Below are positions 50,901 to 59,111 of a DNA stretch of 64,000 nucleotides, in pieces (position 1 is the stretch's first letter; each line of letters starts with the position of its first letter). The notes beneath the pieces were generated by a model. The model was not told the origin of the DNA. It worked only from the letters and a program-made list of their open reading frames with translations, and did no database searches. Origin of the DNA: a virus; IMG/VR virus record IMGVR_UViG_3300022602_000029, positions 1 through 64,000 of that record, one strand, 5' to 3'. A program made the translations under genes and the position numbers.

Positions 50901-52585
50901 ACAACACCACTGGCTTCAACAACACCGCATTAGGCTTATTAAGTCTCCAAGCTAATACCGTCGGCAACAACAACACCGCAGTGGGCAACCAAAGCCTCCG
51001 CTCCAACACCACCGGCGGCTATAACACCGCATTAGGTCTCAACAGCCTCTACTTCAACACCGGTGGCTGCTTCAACACCGCAGTAGGTACCAGCAGCCTC
51101 TCCTCAAACACCACGGGTGCCTGCAACACCGCAGTAGGTTACGGTAGCCTCTACAGCAACACGTATGGCTACAACAACACCGCATTGGGTCTCAACAGCC
51201 TCTACTACAACACCACTGGTTGCTCGAACACAGCAATAGGTCTCAACAGCCTCTACAGCAACACGTATGGCTACAACAACACCGCATTGGGTCTCAACAG
51301 CCTCTACTACAACACCACTGGTTGCTCGAACACAGCAATAGGCAACAGCACCCTCTACTGTAACACCACCGGCAACAACAATATCGCGATAGGTGCCGGT
51401 AGCCTCTACGGAAATATCACTGGCGGCAACAACACGGCAGTAGGTAACAATAGTCTTTATAGTAACACCTTCGGCATGTGTAACACCGCACTAGGTTACG
51501 GCAGCCTCCGGTTTAATACCACTGGCAGCTGTAACACCGCAGTAGGTCTCAACAGCCTCCGCTCCAACACCACCGGCGGCTATAACACCGCATTAGGTGT
51601 TTCTAGCCTTTTCTGCAACACCACAGGTGCCCGCAACACCGCAGTAGGTTATGGTAGCCTCTACAGCAACACCACTGGCTGCGCCAATATCGCAATGGGC
51701 CACTATAGCCTCTACGCAAACACCACTGGCTGTCAAAACATCGGCATAGGTATTGCCGCAGGATGCCTAATCACAGTTGGAAATAATAACGTAATCATAG
51801 GCGGTTATGGAGCAGTAAACTTCGCTAGTAGCAACAGCAACGTCATATTGGCTACTGGCAATGGAACTGTTAGAGAACTATATAACGCCAATGGCGCTGT
51901 TAGTTTTGGTTCTACCAGCTCATTTGGTACTAGTGGACAGGTATTGACATCACAGGGGCCAGGCAGCGCACCTATATGGGCCACAGGTGGTGGTGGTAGT
52001 TTAACCACAGGTACCTTAAACATCAGCGAACAGACGGTGGTATCTAGCACCAACACGTTCTCTGTATCGGGAGGTTATGTACCGGGAAATCTACAGGTAT
52101 TTGGAAATGGTATCTTACTGGGGTCAGCAGACTATACAGCTACTACCAGTCCAACAGTCATAGTCAACAGAGCACGTAATCCAGGCGACGTCATGCGTTT
52201 CCAAGCTCTGACCACTAACTTCTATACCACTAACACCTACGCCTATTCAGTACAGGAAATAACAGCCACGACTGGACAGACTATCTTTACCATTCCCGGT
52301 GGTTACAAAGTGGGTGCCACTGAAGTATTCCTTAACGGTATACTGTTAGATAGCCCCGACTATACGGCAACTAATGGTACTACAGTCGTACTGACCACAG
52401 GAACTGGTGTCGTCACTGGTGCTATATTAAGGACCCACAGTTTCAATACAGTCAACATATCGGGCGCTTTACCATTAAGTGGTGGAGTTATCAGCGGATC
52501 TATAAATGTCAATGGTACGATCAAACAAAACAACGTCAGTATTATAGCGTTAAATGCTGCCATGAGTCTAGCATTGGGCGCATAA
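44996..52585 (+). CDS. giant Cys-rich repeat fibre/adhesin with two repeat arrays
   Basis: 2529 aa; N-terminal LSFEGSAGQLFSI.....GTIFSVNDISGIP module; two 17-aa arrays separated by a cap/linker; two C-terminal GY..G...VF.NGILL...DYTAT modules; AAMSLALGA tail. Confidence 0.8.
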   Translation: MAYSNQNLTIIPNIGNPNDVPQIVFTASNTSTTSTIVLRAYAINGGQLSFEGSAGQLFSINNSLVGTIFSVNDISGIPSISVTDTGTVALAPFNGYVTLGSNVPSFSTNTGALVVSGGVGISGNLNVGGQITGGGGSFGTGTAATPTLAGVVYAITTASTQCYNVALGWQGLVSNTLGFCNVAIGYQSLRSNTAGCYNTAVGTCALYCNTTGNLNVGVGINALQCNSSGYDNTAVGADALQGNTYGNCNVAIGTFAMQCSKSGIGNVAIGYGSMNLSVSASNNVVVGISAMFCNAGGSFNTALGSGALQRNTNSVANTVIGYNSMALATAGASYNTAIGNQALFNNSASYQVAVGYQAMCCNTTGARNTAIGTLALSKNTYGCMNTALGYGVMQNNATGNFNIGIGYTALYGNTTGNANVAIGIQSLCTNTSGNKNIAIGWDSMKQNTIGYMNVAIGGYGALCGNTYGNCNIAIGACSLNNNKSGCNNIALGSNALYSNCGGKDNFAAGASALFANTAGCGNIAVGTLALTCNTTGSNNIALGCCSLLNNTTGTNNFAAGYSAMKFNTYGYSNIAIGNQALVNNIGGYYNTALGISALGCNTFGNNNFAAGECAMASNTGGNINIGIGFQSLYFNTTGCNNIALGNQALLCNTTGINNFAASSNALKANTVGSDNVAIGYFSLCNNTTGNHNIALGCQSLFSNTTGFNNVALGNQVMFCNTTGNNNFASGCNALYYNTGGGSNNLVIGQYGMFCNISGNYNIAFGLQAMRCNSYGSCNIAIGACSLFSNTTGINNIAFGPNAMQKNTYGSNNFAAGCTALQANISGNNNFAVGCLALYGNTVGCNNVSIGVSTLKCNTAGLNNTAIGCQALYCNTTGSNNFAAGSTALKNNTSGLYNTAIGAAALFGNTYGQNNIGIGCYALLCSTTGCNNLALGGNSLYSNASGSNNIAIGCNSMYASVGGFNNIALGYYGLKANTTGNSNIALGYKSLYGNTSGTNNTAIGYGSLKCNTTGCQNIGIGIAAGCLITVGNNNVIIGGYGAVNFANSNSNIILATGAGTVQHLFNANGAVSFGSTSSFGTSGQALISRGPSSTPCWGTVSGSSPSLNTYCSFYVTSPTISTSGINNFAVGCCSFTNNANGANNFAVGYGALYANTVGSNNIAIGCNSLRSNLVGTLNIAMGQGALYNNTAGNYNVAMGLNAMCGNLCGANNFAAGFGALQGTNHIGCYNIAIGSAALQSNCAGSFNTALGDQALANNSIGCYNFAVGLFPLLANTAGNNNTAIGYGTLKCNTTGANNIAMGYGALKCNTIGGNNTAIGCCSLYSNTASNNIALGAFSLALNTTGTGNVAIGISALQCNTRGGCNIALGTNSLYCNTTGVANIAVGTCSLAGNTSGYYNTALGGTSLRNNSYGNSNIAVGYGSLCTNTVGNCNTAVGNYSLRCNTCGSYNTALGYGSLTNNTTSNFNVAVGFNSLCSNTTGNCNTAVGASSLFQNTSGSSNVALGFSSLRYNTTGCNNVAVGSSSLYGNTVGQNNVAVGNNALCANTTGNNMTAIGYGTLRNNTTGVGNTAVGTLSLSANTTGACNTAIGNQGLFNNTSGSCNTALGGLALYANTGGNYNVALGYNSLYRNTTGNCNVAVGACSLYGNTVGNYNVAIGHLSLRCNTAGNCNVAIGLRALYYNTTGGNNIAVGYGSLYGNTSGCNNVALGTNSLFSNTTGIQNSSVGAYSLRNNTYGVCNVAFGACTLYCNSSGSYNSAVGMQALYNNTTGSYNTALGIYALYGNTAGVGNTAVGACALKCNISGNNNIAIGLSALYNNTTGTLNTAIGACSLFCNTTGGYNTALGYQSLRSNTSGTSNVAIGNNSLYNNTKGLCNTAVGNNSLYCNTTGVGNIAVGTYGLYANTTGSRNTAIGVFGLYCNITGINNTAVGAYSLYKNSTGGYNTALGVCSLYNNYGGSCNTALGYNSLLNNTTGFNNTALGLLSLQANTVGNNNTAVGNQSLRSNTTGGYNTALGLNSLYFNTGGCFNTAVGTSSLSSNTTGACNTAVGYGSLYSNTYGYNNTALGLNSLYYNTTGCSNTAIGLNSLYSNTYGYNNTALGLNSLYYNTTGCSNTAIGNSTLYCNTTGNNNIAIGAGSLYGNITGGNNTAVGNNSLYSNTFGMCNTALGYGSLRFNTTGSCNTAVGLNSLRSNTTGGYNTALGVSSLFCNTTGARNTAVGYGSLYSNTTGCANIAMGHYSLYANTTGCQNIGIGIAAGCLITVGNNNVIIGGYGAVNFASSNSNVILATGNGTVRELYNANGAVSFGSTSSFGTSGQVLTSQGPGSAPIWATGGGGSLTTGTLNISEQTVVSSTNTFSVSGGYVPGNLQVFGNGILLGSADYTATTSPTVIVNRARNPGDVMRFQALTTNFYTTNTYAYSVQEITATTGQTIFTIPGGYKVGATEVFLNGILLDSPDYTATNGTTVVLTTGTGVVTGAILRTHSFNTVNISGALPLSGGVISGSINVNGTIKQNNVSIIALNAAMSLALGA
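45480..48110 (+). repeat. 17-aa/51-nt coding array 1 of the 2529-aa protein (about 50 units)
   Basis: Periodic N-x-A-x-G; ends at C-cap GCLITVGNNNVIIGGYG; boundaries approximate. Confidence 0.88.
48360..51800 (+). repeat. 17-aa/51-nt coding array 2 (about 67 units), distal part DNA-homogeneous and C3-rich
   Basis: Starts after SLNTYCSFYVTSP; distal DNA consensus GGC NNC NNC AAC ACC GCA NTA GGT NNC NNC AGC CTC NNC NNC AAC ACC ACY. Confidence 0.9.
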
Positions 52586-52591
52586 ACGAGA

Positions 52592-52597
52592 TAAATA
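52592..52597 (+). promoter_or_regulatory. late promoter core (TAAATA)
   Basis: Intergenic, followed by GGAG and the ATG at 52623. Confidence 0.65.
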
Positions 52598-52622
52598 GAA
52601 AACATCGGAGATATAAAGAAAA

Positions 52623-55600
52623 ATGGCCAAACAACTACAAAGAATTTACAGCTTCACTCCTGGCACAGCCGGGAATGGATACGTGCTGATACCTGGTAAG
52701 ATCGATCAAAACCAGCTATTACTGATCACGAACGCTACTACCAACAGCTTCTTATATAACTTCGCTGATCCAACCTACGCAGGTACTACGGTAACCTTCA
52801 ATAGAGGCAATAACTCAGTCTTCCCCACAGCGGTCATGAACAGCGACGGATGGACGCAGGTTACATTTGCCATCGACACCAGCGCCATGAGCGCATCACA
52901 CAACATACAGATCTTCACAGAGCGTCCAGAGATCATCACACGCCCCTGGCCCATGGGCACTGATGCTTTCGAACGCCAACGTGTAGCGGCTCCCCAGGCC
53001 ATGATCGACGCTGACTTTGAATATGGACTACAGCCTACTAAATGGCAGGTCTTAGAGAAGATACGTGAAAACGTTGGTTTCTATGAAGTTCCGGGTACTG
53101 ATGGAGCCATCGTCAATATCACTACTGATCAAAGCGGTGGAACACTACTACCATCAGTGTCTAGCCTTATCACAGTTAACACAGTTAACCCACACGGATT
53201 GACGGTAGGCTCAGGTATCAGCATACACGGTATCAACAGCCTAGTCAGTAGCTATAACAAAGCAGAAGGTACTTTCTTCGTTAACTCTGTTCCTACGCTG
53301 AACCAGTTTACCTATTACGCAGTAGGACAAGTGGGCTACAGTCTCCTTGGTGGTACTATCAATGCTGGTACTGATATCAGCACGCCTTATACAGTATTGC
53401 GTACAGCTAAACTATACTACAACAGCGCGATCAGTACAGGCACATTCTCAGTAAACGGCGGTAGCGCATCCACTACTGCTAGCATATCAGTCACCTATGC
53501 TAATCCTCATGGATATGTTGTAGGCGACACGATCAACGTACAGATCACTAGCGATCCTAGCAATGCCAGTGGACACCAACTTGCCGCAGGTACGTTTGTT
53601 ATCACAGGAACATCAGCGCTCAATGTGTTGACCTATAGTGCTAGAAGCAATGGTACTATCACAGGAACACCCGTAGGCGGTGTCTATGCTGGTCCAAGGA
53701 ACTTCTTTGTGCATCGTCCTCCAGATGGCGGCGTCATGTTGTCAACGGACAGCCCCGCCCACGGAGCTGCCGCGATACGACAGACTAAAAAATACATGCG
53801 TTACCAATCTGGTAAGGCCATGAACTTTAATACTGGTATCTTGTTCGCTCCTAACTATTATCTCCGCAGTGCTACAGCTACCAACGTGACTATAGGATCT
53901 ACTATTACCGTAGTCACAGACGAAATCGATCACGGTCTACAACCAGCTGCCACTATCAGCTTAACAGGCGTCGGCAATAACTACGCAGGTACCTACACAG
54001 TGGCCACCATCATAGATAATCGCACATTCACAGTCACAGCCACACAGGTATTGACTAGCGTAACAGCCAGTATACAACCGCCAGCATTGGTCAACCACGT
54101 CAACTGGCACGGATCAACGGTCCGCGTAGGAACTTTTGACGATCAGAACGGCCCGTACTATCAGTTCGATGGTATACAGATGGCCATAGGATTGCGCAAC
54201 AGCGTGGCCCACGTGACCGGAGTCGTTAACGTGACTCCACAAAGCAACAGCATCACTGGTACCAACACGCTTTTCCAAAGCCAACTGATAGCAGGAGACC
54301 GTGTGGTCATCCGCGGAATGACCCATATCGTTACACAGGTAGTCAATAATACGCAGATATACGTTTCTCCTCAATATAGAGGTATAACAGCCACTAGCGG
54401 TATCTACATGACCAAGACTAGGGATCAGATAGTGCCACAAAGCCAATGGAACCTAGATCGTTGCGATGGAAGCAACGGGCCTTTCAACCCTAGTGGTTAT
54501 AATCTAGTAACTAACCGTATGCAGATGGTTGGACTACAATGGACATGGTATGGTGCTGGATTTATCGATTGGATGCTACGTGGTCCAGACGGTAACTATA
54601 TGACAGTACACCGCATCAGGAACAGCAACGTCAACTACGAAGCATGGATGCGTTCTGGTAATATGCCACTACGCTATGAGGTAGTCAATGAAGGCGCACG
54701 TTCCACTTTAACCAACAGCATACTATCGAGTGATACATCTCTACAGATAGCAGATACCACGTTCTTCCCCGTAAGTGGTACAGTGTATGTAGATAACGAA
54801 CTGATAAACTATACAGGAAAGACTTCAACATCGGGACAGGGTACGCTAACAAACCTTACCCGTGCTTATACACTTGGTCCTTACTACAATAACATACAGC
54901 AGAATTTTTCAGCAGGGGCCGCTGCCTCACACAGTAGCAGTACCGGGGTCATATTGGTCAGCTGTACTGCTAGCCCATCAGTGACACACTGGGGTGCGGC
55001 ATACCTAGCAGATGGCGGATTCGACTATGATAGGGGCTACATCTTTAACTATCCTAGCACAAACATAACTGTTAATACCGTCAAAAACACGGTATTTGGT
55101 ATCCGCCTAGCACCTAGCGTTTCAAACGCTGTCACAGGCAACTTAGGAATACGAGATCTTATCAATCGTGCGCAGTTGCTACTACAGGGTATCGAGATTA
55201 CCTGTAACGCATTGACCAGTAACAACCAAGCTATTATTATTGAAGGTGTCCTAAATCCTCAAAACTATCCTAATAATCCTGCTAATATGGTATGGAGACC
55301 ATTGATCGGAACCGGTGCTGGTACTAACACTGGCCAACCTAGCTTCTCGCAGATAGTTCCCCAGGCAGGTATACAGTTTGACGGTACTGCTACCTATGCG
55401 ACTACACTAGCCGCTACAGCAAACACAGGTACTAACGTCATAACGGTAGCGAGCACAGCCAGTATGGCAGTAGGTGACGCACTACAGTTCGCTGGCTGCG
55501 CAGGTAACAGTTTAATAACCAGCATAGGAGTCGGTACAGTGACCCTGAGCCAGAATACCTACACTACTACTACTAACGGATCGCAGGTACTGGGCTATAG

Positions 55601-55829
55601 GAACACATGGGCGGTAGCAGGAGAGACGATCTTTACCTTTATTTCTAACCCATCTGAACGTGACGTGCTAGATCTAACGCCATTGAAAGAGCTAACAAAC
55701 ACTCCATTGGGTGGTCAAGGATGTTATCCAAACGGCCCAGATGCTTTGTTTATTAACATCTATCTGACCCAACAGCCTGTTAACCTAACAGCTAACGTTA
55801 ATCTGCGTTGGTCAGAGACACAGAGTTAA
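52623..55829 (+). CDS. large putative virion structural protein (T4-like/cyanophage-type)
   Basis: 1068 aa; DAFERQRVAAPQAMIDADFEYGLQPTKW, IRQTKKYMRYQSGKAM and QWYGAG-like (QWTWYGAGFI) motifs; three HG[L/Y]..G..I beta modules. Confidence 0.65.
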   Translation: MAKQLQRIYSFTPGTAGNGYVLIPGKIDQNQLLLITNATTNSFLYNFADPTYAGTTVTFNRGNNSVFPTAVMNSDGWTQVTFAIDTSAMSASHNIQIFTERPEIITRPWPMGTDAFERQRVAAPQAMIDADFEYGLQPTKWQVLEKIRENVGFYEVPGTDGAIVNITTDQSGGTLLPSVSSLITVNTVNPHGLTVGSGISIHGINSLVSSYNKAEGTFFVNSVPTLNQFTYYAVGQVGYSLLGGTINAGTDISTPYTVLRTAKLYYNSAISTGTFSVNGGSASTTASISVTYANPHGYVVGDTINVQITSDPSNASGHQLAAGTFVITGTSALNVLTYSARSNGTITGTPVGGVYAGPRNFFVHRPPDGGVMLSTDSPAHGAAAIRQTKKYMRYQSGKAMNFNTGILFAPNYYLRSATATNVTIGSTITVVTDEIDHGLQPAATISLTGVGNNYAGTYTVATIIDNRTFTVTATQVLTSVTASIQPPALVNHVNWHGSTVRVGTFDDQNGPYYQFDGIQMAIGLRNSVAHVTGVVNVTPQSNSITGTNTLFQSQLIAGDRVVIRGMTHIVTQVVNNTQIYVSPQYRGITATSGIYMTKTRDQIVPQSQWNLDRCDGSNGPFNPSGYNLVTNRMQMVGLQWTWYGAGFIDWMLRGPDGNYMTVHRIRNSNVNYEAWMRSGNMPLRYEVVNEGARSTLTNSILSSDTSLQIADTTFFPVSGTVYVDNELINYTGKTSTSGQGTLTNLTRAYTLGPYYNNIQQNFSAGAAASHSSSTGVILVSCTASPSVTHWGAAYLADGGFDYDRGYIFNYPSTNITVNTVKNTVFGIRLAPSVSNAVTGNLGIRDLINRAQLLLQGIEITCNALTSNNQAIIIEGVLNPQNYPNNPANMVWRPLIGTGAGTNTGQPSFSQIVPQAGIQFDGTATYATTLAATANTGTNVITVASTASMAVGDALQFAGCAGNSLITSIGVGTVTLSQNTYTTTTNGSQVLGYRNTWAVAGETIFTFISNPSERDVLDLTPLKELTNTPLGGQGCYPNGPDALFINIYLTQQPVNLTANVNLRWSETQS

Positions 55830-55861
55830 TCTGTGCTCTATAACGCTGTCAGAGGAAACTT

Positions 55862-56845
55862 ATGACCATAGCAGAAAATCTGAGTTTTTTCCTATCGACC
55901 GGTACTACTACTACCAGCGTACCTAGCAACCTGGTAGTAAGTAGCCTGACTATAGGAACTGCTACTTTCACTAACAGCAACATAGCTCCTCAAACATATC
56001 AGACTACCGGGAATGGATTATCTACTAGTTTCTCTTTACCATTCACTCCTTCCGCACTGACTGGTTTAATCGCGACTATAGATGGAATAACTGAATACGA
56101 CTACTCACTCAATGGGAACACGGTCACCTTCAACTTCGTTCCCGCTAATAATACCATAATAAGATTCTTTAGCACAGGCATACCTGGACTAGTCAGCACA
56201 GCCACACTAGGTCCGGGCACAGTTACCAGCAGTAGCTTTGCCGCTGGCGCTATCCTAGCCAGTTTAGGTTATACACCAGCTAACAAAAACGGAGATACAT
56301 TCTCAGGAACATTTGTTCTATCGGGATCTAGCACGATCAACGGTTGGCCTATCAACACAGGTACTATTGTTGTTACTAGCACTGCTACACTGATGGCACA
56401 GGCAGTAACCGCTACCTATGCGGCGACGGCATATTCTCTAGCTTCAACAGCTACGGCATATCAATATACATCAGGAACCAACGTTACTTCTGCATTGACT
56501 CCTGCGGTGGTATGGGCGGCAGCGGCTCCCGTGACTCTAACTGATGCGTCTAGTATCACTATAGATATGAGCACGGGATTTAACTTTAGCCTATTGACTA
56601 CATCTGGAGTAGGAGCCACTAGGACACTGGCCAATCCAGCTAACATAAAACCAGGGCAAACAGGATGGATCTCAGTCACACAGAGTAGCAGTGGTAATAA
56701 TGCTGTGGCATTTGGTAATAACTGGCATTTTTCTACAGGCACAGTGACAACAGTCTCTAACTCTGCCAACGCCGTAGATCTTATCTACTATACAGCAGTA
56801 ACCAACAGTTATCTGCTAACCACCATCGCAAAATATTGGTTCTAA
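55862..56845 (+). CDS. fibre/anchor protein
   Basis: 327 aa; MTIAENL N-terminus (compare 61784); LGYTPANKNGDTFSG fibre motif; C-terminal TLTDASSITIDM...LANP.NIKPGQTG.I.VTQ...AVDLIYY domain. Confidence 0.65.
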   Translation: MTIAENLSFFLSTGTTTTSVPSNLVVSSLTIGTATFTNSNIAPQTYQTTGNGLSTSFSLPFTPSALTGLIATIDGITEYDYSLNGNTVTFNFVPANNTIIRFFSTGIPGLVSTATLGPGTVTSSSFAAGAILASLGYTPANKNGDTFSGTFVLSGSSTINGWPINTGTIVVTSTATLMAQAVTATYAATAYSLASTATAYQYTSGTNVTSALTPAVVWAAAAPVTLTDASSITIDMSTGFNFSLLTTSGVGATRTLANPANIKPGQTGWISVTQSSSGNNAVAFGNNWHFSTGTVTTVSNSANAVDLIYYTAVTNSYLLTTIAKYWF

Positions 56846-56846
56846 T

Positions 56847-57875
56847 ATGCTGCCGGGAATAATAGGAAATCAAGGAATACGGATACCTACAGTAAAAGCT
56901 GGAGGTGGAGGCGGAAGTGCCAGTGGCAGCATAATCTATGCCACAGCCGGAAGTTACAGTTGGACAGTCCCTACAGGAGTAACGTCAGTTAGTGTGGTAG
57001 TGATCGGAGGTGGCGCCGGAGGGTCAACAGGAGGTACATTCAATCCCTGTGCCGCTGGAGGTGCTAGTAGTTTTGCTAGTTGTACTATAACTGCCAATGG
57101 TGGATCAAGTGGCGCAGGTGGTGGTCCTGCAGGTTCTTATACTGCAGGATTTAATGGTGGCAGCTCAGTTGGGTGTAGTGGTGCGGGGGGAGCGGGAGGA
57201 TACGCCGGCGCAGGTGGTGCGGGCGGTGCAGGTAGCACAGGCGCTCCTGCCGCCGGAACAGGAGGAGCAGGTGGAGGCGGCGCCGATGGTAATGGCGGCT
57301 CTAGTGGCGGTGGTGGCGGAGTTGGCGTATTTGGCCAGGGATGCAATGGAGCCGCTGGTGTGAGTCCCGGAAACTTTGGAGGAGGTGGCGGCTCTGGTGG
57401 CGGCAACGGAGGACAGGGTGGCGGCAATGGTAGCGGTAATACAAGAGCCCAGACCTGGGGACTAGCCGGGGGTGGCGGAACAGCAACCGGCGGTGCGGCC
57501 AGTGGCACAGACGGAAGTAATGCAACGGCCAACGGTGGTGCGCTAACTACCACAGGTGGAGGGAATGGAGGGAGTTTCAACGGAGCAATCTGTGCTTCTA
57601 CACGACCGGGCGGTGGCGGAGGCGGAGGCGCATTTGGCGGAGGCGGCGGTTCGGGCGGATATTATTATCCGTCAGGCGGAGGTGGAGCACTTGCCTATCT
57701 GAACAACTATGCTGTAACTCCTGGACAACAGTATACTCTTGTCGTTGGTCGCGGCGGTGCCGGTAATGCAGGTGCTAGCTATGGCGGATCAGGATCTGGA
57801 GGTGCTGGTGCTGTGCGCATAGTGTGGCCAGGGACCACTAGACTATTCCCATCAACAAATGTAAATACGGTGTAA
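56847..57875 (+). CDS. glycine-rich adhesin-like protein
   Basis: 342 aa; YSWTVPTGVTSVSVVVIGGGAGG...GGGAL.Y.NNYAVTPGQ.Y..VVG.GG...GAVRIVW; roughly half Gly/Ala in the core. Confidence 0.7.
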   Translation: MLPGIIGNQGIRIPTVKAGGGGGSASGSIIYATAGSYSWTVPTGVTSVSVVVIGGGAGGSTGGTFNPCAAGGASSFASCTITANGGSSGAGGGPAGSYTAGFNGGSSVGCSGAGGAGGYAGAGGAGGAGSTGAPAAGTGGAGGGGADGNGGSSGGGGGVGVFGQGCNGAAGVSPGNFGGGGGSGGGNGGQGGGNGSGNTRAQTWGLAGGGGTATGGAASGTDGSNATANGGALTTTGGGNGGSFNGAICASTRPGGGGGGGAFGGGGGSGGYYYPSGGGGALAYLNNYAVTPGQQYTLVVGRGGAGNAGASYGGSGSGGAGAVRIVWPGTTRLFPSTNVNTV

Positions 57876-57877
57876 AA

Positions 57878-58375
57878 ATGGATTCGCAGTTAGAAAAAAT
57901 GGGATTATTTCCTTCGACCTTGTTCATCAAGGTCATAGATGGGCAACCAGTTGATCACCCCATGCTCGATATTAATCTAAAACACATCTATGGATCATTA
58001 GAAGATATTCCTCCAGAATATAAACTGTTTTTGCGTGTTCCTCAAAATGTCACCCCGGGACATTTCCAAAAAGCCGTAGCTACATATCAAGAAGTCGACG
58101 GTGTATGGCAAGATGTTTGGGTCATAGAAGATATGAATGAAGAAGAAACAGCGGCTAGGGAAAAAGAAATCCATGCTTGGGCCACGCAGGCAGAAACAAG
58201 TTTAAGACGCAAAACTGAAATGATCTTAAACGAATCAAAAAATCCCGATGAAATAGCCGCATTGACTCAATACCTGTCGCTGTTAGATGCTTGGGAGCTT
58301 GACATCACTAATCCGGTATTTCCTAATCCACCAGTTTTTAATCCGACCACTAACAGTTGGGAAATTCCATCATAA
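57878..58375 (+). CDS. tail-fibre-assembly-like hypothetical protein
   Basis: 165 aa; YQEVDGVWQDVW then a helical segment ending FPNPP...W, resembling fibre assembly chaperones; inferred from pattern and position. Confidence 0.5.
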   Translation: MDSQLEKMGLFPSTLFIKVIDGQPVDHPMLDINLKHIYGSLEDIPPEYKLFLRVPQNVTPGHFQKAVATYQEVDGVWQDVWVIEDMNEEETAAREKEIHAWATQAETSLRRKTEMILNESKNPDEIAALTQYLSLLDAWELDITNPVFPNPPVFNPTTNSWEIPS

Positions 58376-58427
58376 AAATTTGACATTGGTTCCTTTTGAC
58401 ATATATACTAGAAGTATAGGAACAGCT

Positions 58428-59111
58428 ATGACAAAGAAAAAACAAAAAGTAAAAATACAAGAATCTGAAAATCTAGAAAACTGGTTATTTTTTCCAACAT
58501 TGGTTTATAAAATTACCAAAACTAATTTCCTAGAATCTGTCAAGACTGTAGCCTATGAACAGATTGATAAAATAGAAAAAAAATCAACAGGTAAACCTTC
58601 TGTACACCAAAGTGAAAATATATATCTTGATCCAAGGCTTGATGAATTTTCTAAATATGTAGCAGATACTGCGTGGAACATATTGTCCAGCCAAGGGCAT
58701 AGAATGGAAGGTAAGTTCACTTCCTATACAGAAATGTGGGCACAGGAAATCGAACAATATGCTTTCATGCCATATCATGTCCATGGCTCAGGTAATCAGA
58801 TCAGCGGATTTTATTTTTTAGATTGCCCCGAAGAAGCTTCGAAAGTCATCATCTATGACCCCCGTCCTGGAAAAGTGCAGATAAATCTAGAAGAAACTGA
58901 CGTTAGTAAAGCTACCTATGCCAGTGGTATGTGCAACTTTACGCCAGAACCGGGCATGTTGATATTTTTCAACAGCTGGTTACCCCATGCTTTTGGAGAA
59001 AACTTATCTGCAGACCCTTTGAGATTTATACATTTTAATCTTTCAATAGTGGAAAACAGCACATTCCTACCTATGAGCCAAGTTGATTCCGCGGCACCTA
59101 TAGTGGTATGA
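58428..59111 (+). CDS. 2OG-Fe(II) oxygenase (TIGR02466 / 2OG-FeII_Oxy_5-like)
   Basis: FPTLVY N-terminus, MWAQ, HVH....ISGFYFL, DPRP, P.PGMLIFFNSWLPH and R..HFN. The start is more likely ATG 58428 (AGGA 6 nt upstream) than TTG 58287, which overlaps the previous gene. Confidence 0.85.
   Translation: MTKKKQKVKIQESENLENWLFFPTLVYKITKTNFLESVKTVAYEQIDKIEKKSTGKPSVHQSENIYLDPRLDEFSKYVADTAWNILSSQGHRMEGKFTSYTEMWAQEIEQYAFMPYHVHGSGNQISGFYFLDCPEEASKVIIYDPRPGKVQINLEETDVSKATYASGMCNFTPEPGMLIFFNSWLPHAFGENLSADPLRFIHFNLSIVENSTFLPMSQVDSAAPIVV

Noticed and set aside
48023-51960. Duplicated cap segments (48023+ and 51719+) as a DGR template/variable-region pair
   Set aside because: Both copies are coding. After the identical block they differ at G, C and T positions as well as A, so they look like ordinary paralogs with gene conversion.
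57862-57867. TAAATA near the end of the Gly-rich gene as a promoter
   Set aside because: It lies within coding sequence and the 6-mer is common in AT-rich DNA; not listed as a feature.
58287-58427. TTG start at 58287 for the oxygenase
   Set aside because: It overlaps the previous gene by ~90 nt; ATG 58428 has an AGGA SD and lies closer to the family's FPT motif.
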